NCBI RefSeq assembly: GCF_036321535.1
Contig: NC_087465.1
Span: 11,222,001-11,286,000, forward strand
Direction: 5' to 3'
Source: Camelus dromedarius
Taxonomy: Eukaryota
Length of the DNA: 64,000 bases
Below, one piece after another: positions 51,673 to 64,000 of this stretch. The notes under the pieces are model-generated. The model had not been told where the DNA came from. It was given only the letters and a program-made list of their open reading frames with translations, and ran no database searches. The stretch's first letter is position 1; the number at the start of each line of letters is the position of its first letter. Both the position numbers and the translations under genes were made by a program.

Positions 51673-52229
51673 CGTCACAGCTCTTCAGCCTCCTGGTCCC
51701 ACAGTTTCAGAATCAGGCACATTTATTAAAGGAAGACCCTTCTATGCTTTTGAGGCGGGCTCACTCCCGTGAGTTTAGCTTCGTTTCTTAAGCTCCACCA
51801 GATTCTGGAAGATGTCCCTCCATCTTTTGGAAGCCCTTTGCCAAGTTCCTGAGCCTCTTATCTGTATCTTCAAGCATTTGAGACTCTAAATTTCCTGACA
51901 TGACTGGCAAAAGCCGAAATGCCCCCTGGTTCCCTCAGTAGCATTCTCCTCCTGTGCCGAGCCTGGTGCTCAGTGTGAGCCCAGAATTAGCAAATGTCTC
52001 CAGGAAAGAAAAGGCCTGGCCATCTCCAGCTTCTTGCAGAGGGGTCCCTCCCTCAGGAATGCCAATCCATCCAGTACTTGTCGCTTCCTCAGCTCTCTGC
52101 TGTCTTTGAGAAGTTTTTATCTTTGTTTGACTCCTGTAATTGTAGGAGAAACATCTGGGCTGCCATAAAGTACTACGTTCTACCCTAAAGGAGTTGAGGG
52201 TGATCTTTTTGGTGTACACATCTGAGCAC

Positions 52230-52640
52230 ATCATTCTCCCACTTGAATCCTTTAATGAGTCTCCATTTCTCTCGAGATAAAATCCAGAATCTTTAAAAGT
52301 GCTTAGGAGACCTTTGATGATAAGACCCTTGTTTGAATGTGCCGTATCCCCTGATATGCCTGGCCCTTCCCGTGGCTGCCTGCTCCTGTTGACATGTTCT
52401 GCCTTCCTGATCCCCTCTTCATCTGACCAATTCTTACTTGCTCTTCAGGACCCAGGTCAGCCCCTCCTTCTTAAGGGAGGCTGTTTAGAACCCTTCAGGC
52501 TGATTTAGAGGTTCCCGCTGAAATTCTCTTCTCAGCCACATTGTAGTTACCTGTTTACTGTTCTGTTACTCCCCACTAACCTCTGCCCTTCTTTTGCGAT
52601 GGGGAATATATCACATTCATCATCAGAGGTGCATCTGAGA
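52230..52640 (+). mobile_element. L2 3' region
   Basis: aatcctttaatgagtctccattt...gataaaatccagaatctt ... ttcttacttgctcttcaggacccaggtc. Confidence 0.7.
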
Positions 52641-52644
52641 GTAG

Positions 52645-52745
52645 AGTTTAGCATCCTGGGCTCAGGAGCCAAACTGCTCCTGCCAAATGTCCACTCTGCC
52701 CCTTCCCAGCTGTGTGAGCTTGGACAAGGTTTTGCATCCTAGATT
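52645..52745 (-). mobile_element. MIR fragment
   Basis: ctctgcccttcccagctgtgtgagcttggacaag MIR core; orientation and limits approximate. Confidence 0.45.
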
Positions 52746-53054
52746 CGTTATATAAGTGGCAATAACAAAAGTGCTTATCTAGTAGGGTCAAGTCGGACAA
52801 AAAGAAAGTAAACCCTGTAAAACAGAGTGTCCTGTGCAATAGCAGAGTCTCATAGAAAAAGAATCATAACAAATAAACACAATGCAAAAAAAAATAAATA
52901 AAAAAGAGCACAGGAATTACTGACCCATGACCTCCCCTTACCGTTTAGATAGACGCAAGTTAGTAGGAAACCCATGAGGCAAGGGTTGGGGGTCCTTATA
53001 ATGTAAGCTAACTCCAGCCAGGGTGTTGTCTCCACCATTCTACCAAAATTGGTC

Positions 53055-53685
53055 TGGGCGTGTCACCACGCACCTCTGCATTGGTAAATCCAATGGCCAA
53101 TGCTCAGGATTCACCTGAAGGGTCTATCAGCAACATCTGGCCCAGATAATCACTCCTTCTTCCTTCCTCTACTTTGCTTTCAGGACACCGAAGCCTCTGG
53201 GCTTTCCTCTTCAGTCACCCTTTCCTCCACTCTGTGTCTCCTTTGCAGGCATCCCCTCCTCCCCCTGCGTCTAACCTTGTACTTCCCGGGGCTAAGCCCT
53301 GATTCCCCCTAATGTCCTTATACTCAGTCCTATGACCATCTCATTTGATTTCCTCACTTTAAATATCATCTAAATGCCAGGGACTCTCAAAAATACCCAC
53401 TCCCCACCCCCTGCCAAGCCCAGACCTCTCTCCAGAACCCCAGGCTTATCTGTCAGATTGCCCACTTGCTTTCTCCACCTGCCTCTCAAATATCCAGCTC
53501 AGCAAATCCAAAGCTGAACTGACGTTTCTCCAAACCTCCGCCCACAGCCTTCCCCATCGCAGTTGCAGTTGGTAGCATATGTGTCCCTGTAGTAGCACTG
53601 ACCAAAACCTATAAAGTTTTCCTTGGTTCTGCTCCTTTTCTCACACTCTTCAACAAATCTGATAGCACATCCTTTTGGCTCTGTC
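53055..53685 (+). mobile_element. L2 fragment including the RT region
   Basis: aaatccaatggccaatgctcagg; aaatatcatctaaatgccagggactctcaaa (KYHLNARDSQ, degenerate YADD); aaatccaaagctgaactg. Confidence 0.8.
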
Positions 53686-53689
53686 CTTA

Positions 53690-53830
53690 CAGGTAGCTGT
53701 AAGAAAGTCATCTTTTAAAAATGATTTCCCAGAGGACACACAAAGTAACTTCCATTTACCTCTCACTGTATGGGACTTAGTCACACGTCCGTGCCTAGCT
53801 TCAAGGGGGACCAAGAGATGTGGGCCACGT
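53690..53830 (-). mobile_element. Old MaLR LTR fragment (MLT1J-like)
   Basis: gacttagtcacacgtccgtgcctagcttcaagggggaccaagagatg. Confidence 0.5.
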
Positions 53831-55794
53831 TGTTATCTGAAAACAAGTCAGGATCTTTTTTTCCTGTGGAGGAGAACAGGTCCTTGGAGTCCACCCCATC
53901 ACAGACTCTAAAGGACCACTATATATGATGCGTAGGCTGATCTTTTCTAGAAAACTAGCATTAAAACCGTCTTCTGAATTCTAGATGCTCTCTATGTTAA
54001 CATTACTGCACACCCGGGACACGACTTTCCCTCCGTCAGCCAGCCAGCCTTCCCATCTGTTTCAGTCTGGGATCTGTTTCAGAGAGCAGAGTCTCTTTTA
54101 GCTAGTATATTAAAGGCTTGTTGGAAAATTGATTAGTGTTTATTAAATGGCTTATGGAATCTCTGGAAAGGCCAGAGACACATAGGTCTAGACGGGCAGG
54201 TATTCCTTGCAATCACGCCACAAAGTGGGGAGCTGTCCTCTATGATCAAGAAGCCACCTGAAAGAATGGAAAGCTCTAGAACCACACCACTACTGTGATG
54301 ATCAGGAAACTGCCAAAGAAACGCCAGTCAGTGCTGTTCAGGGTCAGCTAAGAAACAACAGCAGAAACAGTGGAAGGAGTGATGCTGCCTTGCTTCCAAC
54401 TTGAGGCCATCTGAGCATCTGATTGATATACATCACTGACATCCAGAATCCCAGCTGAAGAGTCTGGAAAGAGGTTGCAGTATACAAAATGAGTAATCCT
54501 ATGTCAAAGATCTGATTTGCGCGTTTACATCTATTACACAAGAATCTCATTTATTAAGCGTGGAGAGCTCAAACAAGGTGGCATGGATAACTGAAGTCTG
54601 CAGGTAATTGAGGGGAAATTATTTTAACTAGAACTTGCATCCTCCTCCTTTCTGTGATCATTTTAGTGGAAATGGTGTTCAATCAGTGGCAACGTGTTTT
54701 GAGTTTCATTTGTGTTTCTGCGTGCCTCCACCCACGGCGCACTAACAAGGAGGAACAGAGCTGAAAGGAGGAGAGCTGTCAGAATACTTAGCTCACTCAG
54801 TTACTGGGTAATCAGCCAAGGGAAAACTGAGCATTGGCTGACCATTTCCATACTGCGATGTTTACACCAACAATAAAATATTTGAAAATATGGGGAAAGA
54901 CATGCCAAGCATTCAAAACATTGAGGCTTTTGAGTAAAAGAGTTCAAAACAAATTTCTCAATAGACATTCTAAAGCATAAAGAAAAAAGAAGGGGAGAGG
55001 GCCATAAAGGGGTATTTTAATGTGAACACAGCATTGGACTGGAAAGGTCTATAGTGGAATTAGTTTGGGTTCCCGCCCAAAGCGTCAGCCAAGGGGGATC
55101 TAGCCTGTCTTTGCTTTCCGGTGAGCCTTGCCTGCCCCTTTGACCAGACTATACGTAAGGCAGGGGTCAGGGGTTAGGCCTCCTGCTAGCTGAGGCCCCA
55201 GTTTCTTTCCTTGAATGAGGCTTGGCCCTCTCTTCTCATCCCGCCGACCTCCTGGGATCAGCTGCTTTCTCCCTCACCTCTCAGTTTAGGCACTGACTCC
55301 ACTCCGAGTTCTCCCCTCCCCTTAGACTGGCACATAATTGCACTCAAATATTTGCTGAATTAATTGATGACTTAACGATTGAGCAGAACAGACTCCCCCA
55401 CCTGCCATTTCCTTGCTGTCCCCAAAATTAGACAAAGTGATCTTTCAAAGATTAGTGTCCTCAATCATTATAGCAAATGAGGGACAATGACAAGGTTCTA
55501 GGTTCTTAGTCAGTTTACTCCAGCATCGTCTCTACTCTCTAATTCCTGAATTCCTTATTAGCTGATACCCAGTAGCCCCTCAGCTAGAACCTTCTCTCCT
55601 TTGATGACGGATTTGGGGCTAAGTGGCTCAGACCCATCTCCAGCCCAGAGTGCAGAAGAGCAATGTTAAGAGCGGCAGTGATAACCTAGATAAAGAGGGG
55701 ACCCTTTGTCTCACTCCAAAGATTCTTCCCTTGTGCTTTGGATCTCTCCAGACCAACGTTAGAATCTTGCTCCTCTCTAGCGCCCGAAACTACT

Positions 55795-56300
55795 ACCACT
55801 GTTATTTTCCAACAACGCCTGCAACGGTATTTCCCATCACACATGTTCTTCTTACAACATGAGTCTGACTCTTGTGGGGTGTCTGTGTTCCCTTCCCTCG
55901 AATTTGTGATTGTGGTAGAAGTGATGTCCTATGCCTTCTGGGGCTAGGTTGTAAAAGGTGATGGAGCTTTGCTTGGGTCCTTGGGTTGCTTGCTCTTAGG
56001 AGCCGTGCCATGGGGCAACCCAAAGTGGCCCCCTTGCACAATCACATGGAGAGACCAGGCGGAGTTTTCCAGTGGATAACTCCACATGAGGTCCCAGCCA
56101 ACAGCCATTTTTAGATATAGAAGTGAAGACACTTCCAGATGATTCCAGGCTCTACTTCTGAGTCACCCAGCCTTTGGCAAGCCATTCTCACTGTGGCCAG
56201 CCCAAATTCCTAATCTCACAATCCATAAACATAATGAAATGATTGTTTTAGACCACTGAGTTTTAGGGGCATTCACAACGTAGCAATAGTTACTAAAACA
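55795..56300 (+). mobile_element. MaLR solo LTR, MLT1H-like
   Basis: tattttccaac...cccatcacacatgttcttct ... cccagccaacagcc ... ccagatgattccagg ... ccactgagttttagggg...gcaatagttactaaaaca. Confidence 0.8.
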
Positions 56301-59300
56301 ATCATTCATCTATTTTTTTTTTTTTACCTTATTGATTTCCTATGATGTGCTTAACATGCATTCTCAGCCCTTACCCAGGTCTACTGGTCCTTTCCTGTGG
56401 AGATCTGAAGTCCTCTCTTCCTGGTCTTCAGAGAGCTTGCAGCTGCCTCCTCTACTGCTGCTATACGTCTACTTGGCTCCGGTCCTCAGAAGGCCTTTTC
56501 CATGGCCCAGTTCTCTCTGAATTATGTGCTGTTTGTCTGCAGCACAACAGCTAGGCAGTTGCTAAGGCTGGGTCCACCCTTCAGTAATGCTGAGATTTTT
56601 CACCTATTATTCTAAGCTGAGGTCTAAGTGTTAAGCTTCCTGGCTGCCATTTGGTCCAGATGGGGACAGTCTCCTCCCAGTAGTTTATTTATCCAGTGTG
56701 TTGCCTCCCAGCAGTTCTCATCTCATTGCCCCTCTTTGGCTACATTTGGGGGTAGTTACAACTACACTGTAGGATTATTTTGAGAGGTCAATAGGACACA
56801 TGTGTCACCTATAATGTTGTCTAGCACACTGTAGGTACTCCATGCATAATAATTTTCCTTGACCCCTCTCTCTAGTTCAAAACTTCTTAAGTTCACACAG
56901 GATGTTCTAGCATATTCTTGCTTCTAATCCAAGAAATAGTCCAAGTTCAAAGTCCATTTTTAAAGCCAAAATGATTGTCATGTCCAATGACTAGTATTTG
57001 ATCTGGATCATTTTTTTAACCCAAGTTGGGGTGGTCTTTAGACATATTTTCAGGAGCCCACAAGTTTATCAACATTTTAAATATTGATTTTCATGATAAT
57101 CTTATAAATAAAATTCTTTTGCAGTGTAAATGCAAAATTCAGAAAATTTTTCGTAAATTTAATTTTACTTTCTTCAAATTATGTTTCTCGCATCGGAAGT
57201 GCAGACATGTTTCCAGTGCCCTAAAGGAATTGTTGCTATTGTTTTAAAATGGACCATGAATATTTAAATAAAATTTTAAAACAATAGATTCGAATCTATA
57301 GTCACCAACACCTAAGAAAGCCATGGCAGGGCAGTTCTTCAATCTACAGATCCCTCAAGTTTTTTTAGATTGAATAAATGACATGAACTTTTCTGTTATT
57401 CCTCAAACGTGTGTACATACTATTATAATTATCGATTTATTTTGAAGTTCTACTAAATTCATTCATACTCGTTTTTGCAAAATTTATTTCCTCAATCAAT
57501 GGTTATTGAAAGTATAACTATAATATGGGAATACAGGGAACATTCTCCATGTTAAAAGGGTTTTTCTGCTCAAAAAAATTCAAGTGTCAGTTCTACCCAT
57601 TTCCTCGTTCTGGTGTTGGAGATGATAGATTCAGAAGACCACCGTGGGGAACTAGAGGACATTTTAGGATTGCAGCTTCTAATATGAAGATTGCTTAACA
57701 GTACATCATAGCCATAATTTTCACCAAGGGAAAACACAGGTTATTTCATAACATAGGCCACATTATAATGCAGGAATCCTACTGGGGTGTGTATGTGGGT
57801 GCATGAGTGTGTGTGTGTGTGTTTCATGGAGGACAATAGCTGTGTTTTTGCACAGATTTCTGATGTAGCAATATACAATATGATGGTGAAATGACTAGGG
57901 CACATTAATCAGTCTGTGACAACAACTCAACCCTGAGTCCATCAGGATATTCTTCATAGAAAATATTCATTTCTAAAAAAAGAAAAAAGAAGTATTACTG
58001 TTAGAACAAGCCCACATTTCAAACAGTTTTCATTTTCCCACCCTTACATGACAATGAATAATTTAGCTAATCTTTTTCTATGGTATTTCTGGCTTATTTC
58101 TTAAACAGAAAGATTCCTGTTTCAAAAAAATCTATTAATGTCCACTTTCCTTTCAAAAACCTGGGTGACCTCTAATATGATTTCAATCTCACAGGGGGCA
58201 GAGGGAGGGGCTGGCGGTGGAAATCACGTAAAAGTTATTGGTTCACTGCCATTATAATGAAAACCATGTGTCCAGGGAAATTTACAGCCATAAATCTCTC
58301 AGTGCACATAACTTCTAATTAAAACCTCATAACAGTCTTTTCCAAATAGTGAACACAATTTTGAGATCTAGTTTTATTTCATTATTTCAGGAATGGATGT
58401 GAAAAATGTGTGTCTGGGGATGTATTGCTACAGTACCATCACTGAGATACCAGAAGAGAACAACAGAGCCACCGTCTCTCAGAAAGATGTGGGAGGAGGG
58501 AGGTTGTTGGCTTTAAAAACAGAATTAATTTCCAGTGGGTCTCTGATTTTCTATTCGATTAGGAGCGCATCAAATTCAGATCAAGTAGTCCCTCCAGGAA
58601 GTGAACACGTATACCCTAGAGAGAATTCATATTATGTTGAATAAAAATGATCTGAGCTATGCCTAGAACACAGCTCACCGTGTATGCTGCTTTGTTGGTC
58701 CAGGGGATGGAGTGAATGTGTTGAAGAAACCGTGATGCCATTCTTTGAATCTTCACATTTCACACAGCCCAGTCTGCCTCTTGCCAACTCCTTCTGGCCA
58801 ATTCAAATAGTGTTAACAAATTCCAGGGAAGACAAGTGTTTTCCCAGAGGAAGACAGATTGCATTGAAGGGCATACAATAGTCAATGATTCCAGTTTAAG
58901 CCAAATCTCAAAAACATTCCATGAATGACGAAGAAAATATTTCCTTTCAGTTAGAATCATAAAGAGAGAACAATAATTTGGCCCTTAAAATTGCACGTTA
59001 ATTGCCTTCTTTATTGAGAATTGTTTCTTGTCTCGGCTGGACAGTATTGATAACGGTTATAAACGTATTTAATCTATTAGTTTAAACGGAGACCTTATCC
59101 TGCCCTAAGGAGCCCTCTTTGAACTCCTTTTCCTTCTCCTGAAACTCACGGCTAATCAACAATCATAAATCACTATTAAAATACAGTAAATCAAATGAGC
59201 GTATTACTTGCCTTTTAACATCAAGTTGATTCATCAATGATGAATATATTGTAATGCTAGTTGATAGAAATTATAACGGTACTTTTACGGAAGCAAAATA

Positions 59301-59639
59301 GCATTTAACTATAGGTAATGCAGGTGACAAACCTCCCGCACCAGCTCCACTGCAAAACACACACAATTACCCCTGTGCCAGCTCAAATGGGGTTCCAGTG
59401 ACTGCACCTAATTTAAAGTGCCCTTTCAGCTTTCCCTTCTAACAGCTTCATAAGAACCAGTTAGAGTCTAGCCAGCCTGTGCATATATGTTTAAAATCCC
59501 GAAAGCTACATCAGGCAAGCTTGTCAATTTATAGGAACTATCAGAAGCAGCATAACATGGATTTAATGGTTTTTTTTCTTTAAACTATTTTTAAATTAAC
59601 CCGGCCATTTGTCGTAAATTACTTTCACAATCTGCTTAG

Positions 59640-59905
59640 AACATCTAAGGCGCGGCCTATCAAAGGTTTCCCAAGACCCTTAATTCAGGCCCAGCCTTGG
59701 TGTGAAAGAGCTCAGGCTGCGGGCGGCGGCGAGGAGTCCGGGACGACGGCTGAAGGAGGCCACCTCCGAGCGATCGCTCTGCACGAACATCTGCGGCCAT
59801 TGAGGTGGCGAGGCCATTACGGCCTGGCCTCTGTGTCCCCGCTCAGCTGCCAGCCTGCACAAGTGCCAGGTGCAGGGGCCTCGCTCGAGAGGAGACTATA
59901 GACGA
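59640..59905. promoter_or_regulatory. Small CpG-rich patch (about 20 CpG in about 255 bp), candidate enhancer core
   Basis: CpGs counted by eye; ATCAAAG (TCF/LEF) at 59659 and GTCGTAAA (posterior HOX) at 59611; regulatory function is inference. Confidence 0.45.
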
Positions 59906-61984
59906 GGGTAATGGTCACAGCGATTATGAACTGATAATTATCCCCTCCCTGTTTCCTTGTTTCAACCAACGGGTTGCTTCACTGCTTATTTTCTCTTTAT
60001 GACTCAAAATGGGATCCTATGGCTCGGGGCTGATTATATCTTGCTCTCCAGCGAGACTTTTATTTCAAAATTATGTCACATGTAGTTCGTTAGATTGTAC
60101 CTATTAGCCACACATCTGAAGAAATCACCCTATTGAATATTTCGCCGTGGAAAGTTGGAGGCTTAATGCAAAATGTTATCCTCTTGATATTCCTTTAAAA
60201 AAATACATATATATATACATATAAAATTCCATATGTGGTCCACTTGATTCGTTTTTTTAGTCTGTTTGTTCTAGTTGAGCAAGTTCTCAATTTATCTTTG
60301 TCGAGTTTTCCTCTTTTTCACTGGAATAGACTTTAGAAGCCGTATTTTATCTCCATGTACCCATGAAAGCGTGCCACTGGGCTCACATTCACAAATGTGG
60401 CACGAATTTTACATGATACAATAAAATCAGCATTTTTATAGTCATGTGCTATATGGCCAAACACTAATTAAAAACAGGATGGAGTTTTATTTCCCCCATT
60501 AGTGATAGGAGGGCCAGTGTTTTAGTTGAACAATGGTTTTCATTGCTATGCAACATGGTTATGAAAGGCTGAACACAAAAATATTGTGCAAGCAATAGGG
60601 GCGACTCGCGATGTGAGCCTGTGACTAACTGCCAAAACTGAGTGCCGTGAAAGAAAGAAATTTGGATTTAGACGTTTAAAAATTAAATAATTGAAACAAT
60701 TATAAAATGGGCACCACACTCTCATACAAGTGAATATAAATCCCTTTGTCCATAATCTCAAAACTAAACCAACTTGCCAAGTTTTCATTAGAGTGGGCAA
60801 ATCCCAACTCTTATAAATAATTGCAACCAACATTGGTGACATCTTAAAAAGAGATTTAACATTTCTGGAAATTTTGAAGCCATGAGGGAAGAAATTATTT
60901 TCCGTTTTTTTGTTCTTTCCCTAGAAGGATGAAAGAATAAAAGAAACCTAGTGGGAATATTAAAATCATGCAGAGAGTCAAGCTCAGTTTCTAGATCTGA
61001 GATAACTGTGATATCTTATGAATACTTCGTAGATTATGTAGAAATTGGTTTGCTCACAAAATTATCATATTTATTGTATTAAATTTTAAAATAAATCTTA
61101 TCAAGTGTTGTAAAAGTTATTACTGGATTTTTTTTTTTTTATAAATAGAAGCTCTTGCTGTTTGAACTTTATGGAATCTAACACTTCTCTCTTAACTTTT
61201 TCTAGACTATGAGAAGCAGACCAAGACTGTAAGGAGCTGAGTCAATATTTTTAAATGTAGCCCACAGTGTCAAAGGGATTCAGAAAGCACTTTTTTTAAA
61301 GAACCGGATTTGAGAAGAAAAAGGGAAGAGAGATACAAGCTTCACTGACTATTACTTTTGCCATATGAAATATTACCTTGCACTCTCCGCTGGAAGCGTA
61401 TATTCCATATGACATTATTTTGAAGTCACGTTCTTTCTCTCTTGCAGTGTGGAAATGTTTCCATATGTCAGAAGTTGGTCTCACCATTTCGCTGAAGGAA
61501 ATAAATGAAACAAACAGAATTTTGTGGTCAACTGGAATATAAACACCAAGGAACCAACATCAGGTAGGAATCCAGTACTGGTGGCCCCTGGGAGTTAACT
61601 GTCTCCATTTCCCCAACTCTCTAGGCTCTGACTTGGTTAAGACTGGCTTGCGAATTTTCCATGCAACACTTGATTATTAGAGATTCCACTAGGATTTAGA
61701 TGTGACTTGTAAATAACCACCTATGATTGAATCGAATACATATACTGTGAGTGTCTAATTCAGATATTGTATCTACTTTGATTTAAGTATTTGGGTGTTT
61801 TCACACACCTATTAGTCTAAAGTTGAGAACTATTACACCATTAGCCAAAAACACATTTTCTTTTTTCTTTATTCTTTTTAAAATTAAAAACATAGTACGT
61901 TTTACAAATACCAGGTCACCAGGCCAATTTATCTTAATATTTGCTCTTATTTTTTTGCCCTGTTCATTTTCAGCAAAGCAAGAT

Positions 61985-62073
61985 GTTTTTCGTTTGGCTG
62001 GCTGGCTTTTTAGTTGAAGTATAGTTGATTTACAGTGTTGTGTTAAATTCTGGTGTATGGCGTAGCGATTCAG
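61985..62073 (-). mobile_element. Severely 5'-truncated L1 insertion with TSD
   Basis: ttttagttgaagtatagttgatttacagtgttgtgtta...gcgattcag is the extreme L1 3' end; agcaagat repeated at 61977 and 62074. Confidence 0.85.
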
Positions 62074-64000
62074 AGCAAGATTTTTTTTAATTTTTAAAAA
62101 TTTTTAAAAATTCTAATTTAGGCTTAAGAATATATACTTGTCATATTTCTGGCTCTAGATCCAAAATGGCAACATCTATAAGTGCACTGAATTCTTGCAT
62201 CTTCCTTTTACAGAGTCATATGCGTGTCACCTCTAAGTGGAAATACTTTGGCTCTGGCAATCCAGTAATGTTAATGCTGTAATGTTAATAGTCCTAACAT
62301 GTAATATTTAATGACATGAAACCATAGGATATTTTAAGAAGGTGGCTTCCTAATGCATGTCTTTTGGATGTATTTGTTCTTTTCTCTCACTCTTTTATTC
62401 TCTTATTCTCTCATTGGAAACCAAACTGGAGATAATAACATTGAATCTATTCATTTTGTCAATAGTTGTTTAAAACAGCACAAGTAGTTGTCCTAGTACC
62501 TCCAAGAGCCTGGCATGTGATTCTGTAACCAGACAAACTGCAGTAAACCAGGCCAGCTGAATCTTACACTCAACCTCATCCACTTAGACTGAGCAAATTT
62601 GGCTCCTTTTGCTACCCACAACTCCACTCCCTCATAATTGGACAATTACCCTTAACTACTTTTTAAAAGAAGTATATGCCATCTGTCCCATCATGAGGCA
62701 TGATTTTTGCTTCTTGTGATCATCTGGGGAATGCCAGAGGTGGGGGATGCCAAACACTTTAAAGTACGGAAAATTTTCAGAGGGAAAGTCTATTTTCTCT
62801 TGTTTGTTGTGGACATGTTCACTGGTTAAGAATGCTCGTAATAGGGAAAGAATTCCCAGAAGTTTTTGGTGAAATTCCAGATCTATAGGGGTTAAAGACA
62901 CTCAGTTGTAGGGGTCAAGTACAGTTCAAAAACAAATACTGTGGCTGTGGATTTGAGTTAGCTGGTCTTTAAGGGAACAGTGCTAAATGGTAACTAACTC
63001 TTCAATTTAACCTCTCTTAACCTTCTGTGTGTGACTTACAATTTTCTTAGTCATAGTGATGTCACAGTACATTTTTGCTCTGAATTGTCAGACCCGGATG
63101 CATAATTAAACTACAAGACCTTCTCTCTCCACCCTAGAAACACCCATACACTACCTCATTTATGAAAAACAGAATAATTATTTTGCTTACTTTTTTTAAA
63201 TCTTAACTTGATGTCCTTGATTTTTATTTTTTTTTTTCCTGGAAACTCAGTGAGTTCTTCAGATTCCCAAGATTTTTATTTTTCCAAAAAAGGATGGATT
63301 AATAAGGTACATTAATAATTTTACTCTATATTTTTTGGTGACCAAAATTAGAATTATCTTAAAATGTGAGACTCTGGTGTTGCAGACATCTACACCACTG
63401 TCTGACCAGCACTGTGTTTTTTCTGGAGCTAAGTCTTCCCCAACTGCAACCATGAGCAGTGGTCATCTTACAGGACTCTCTACCCATTCCCCTCAAACAC
63501 AGGGCCAATCACATTCTTCCCCAGGCCTTTTGAGCTGAATCCAGTACAGAGAGTTGGTCTGTCTCTAGTGGTGGGAGTCACACCATGATAAACAGTTATT
63601 TTTAATGTTCACGTTCCCTGCCCCATAAAGGAACAGAATCATCCACTAGAGGAAATGAGCTGGCAACAGAGAAATTAAAAGGTGAGAGAGAGAGTGTGAG
63701 GCAGCTGTCAGCGTTCATGTCCCAAGTTCCAGTTGTCCCTAAAACCCAGACATATCTTAACCCTTCTTGTGTTTTACCTCTTCAATCCTTCCCTTGAGTA
63801 AATCCCTCTGCCTGTCTATGCACCTTCAAGATGGCTTTCTGTCACTTACAACTAAAACAAATGGAACTAATACACTTGTGCTAAATCCTAAGTCATGTAG
63901 ATTTTGAAAATAAGAAAATTATGATTAAAATGGAAACTGAAACTCCTTGGCATTGGTATTTATTTTCATTTACTCTTAAACACATTAATAAAGGAAAAGG

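Noticed and set aside
59795-59812. Possible CTCF site (ccattgaggtggcg)
   Set aside because: Only the AGGTGGC half matches, and the 5' part of the motif has several mismatches.
1-64000. Prokaryotic-type systems (operons, CRISPR arrays, defence islands, IS elements)
   Set aside because: The DNA is mammalian. There are no long ORFs, no regularly interspaced repeats and no gene clusters.

Overview
This is eukaryotic, mammalian, AT-rich and CpG-depleted genomic DNA, almost certainly camelid (alpaca, llama or camel): it carries three copies of the camelid-type tRNA-Ala-derived SINE. I recognise no protein-coding gene, no genuine RNA gene and no large CpG-island promoter, so the window looks intergenic or like part of a large intron. 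A large part is decayed transposable elements: L2, MIR, old and Laurasiatherian L1, MaLR LTRs, hAT MITEs (MER5, MER20B, MER45, MER58A, MER63A, MER94), the Tigger MITE MER2 and a 1.1 kb ERV-L pro-pol fossil interrupted by an ERV1-type LTR. There are also microsatellites and one 156-N assembly gap. Repeat family names come from my recall of consensus sequences, not from a search, and boundaries of old elements are approximate. The most interesting non-repeat signal is a block of about 4 kb (58-62 kb) with no recognisable TE, retained CpGs and HOX/TCF-type motifs, a candidate developmental enhancer cluster. A few splice-site-bounded candidate exons could not be assigned to any protein. I found no evidence for a novel multi-gene biological system.
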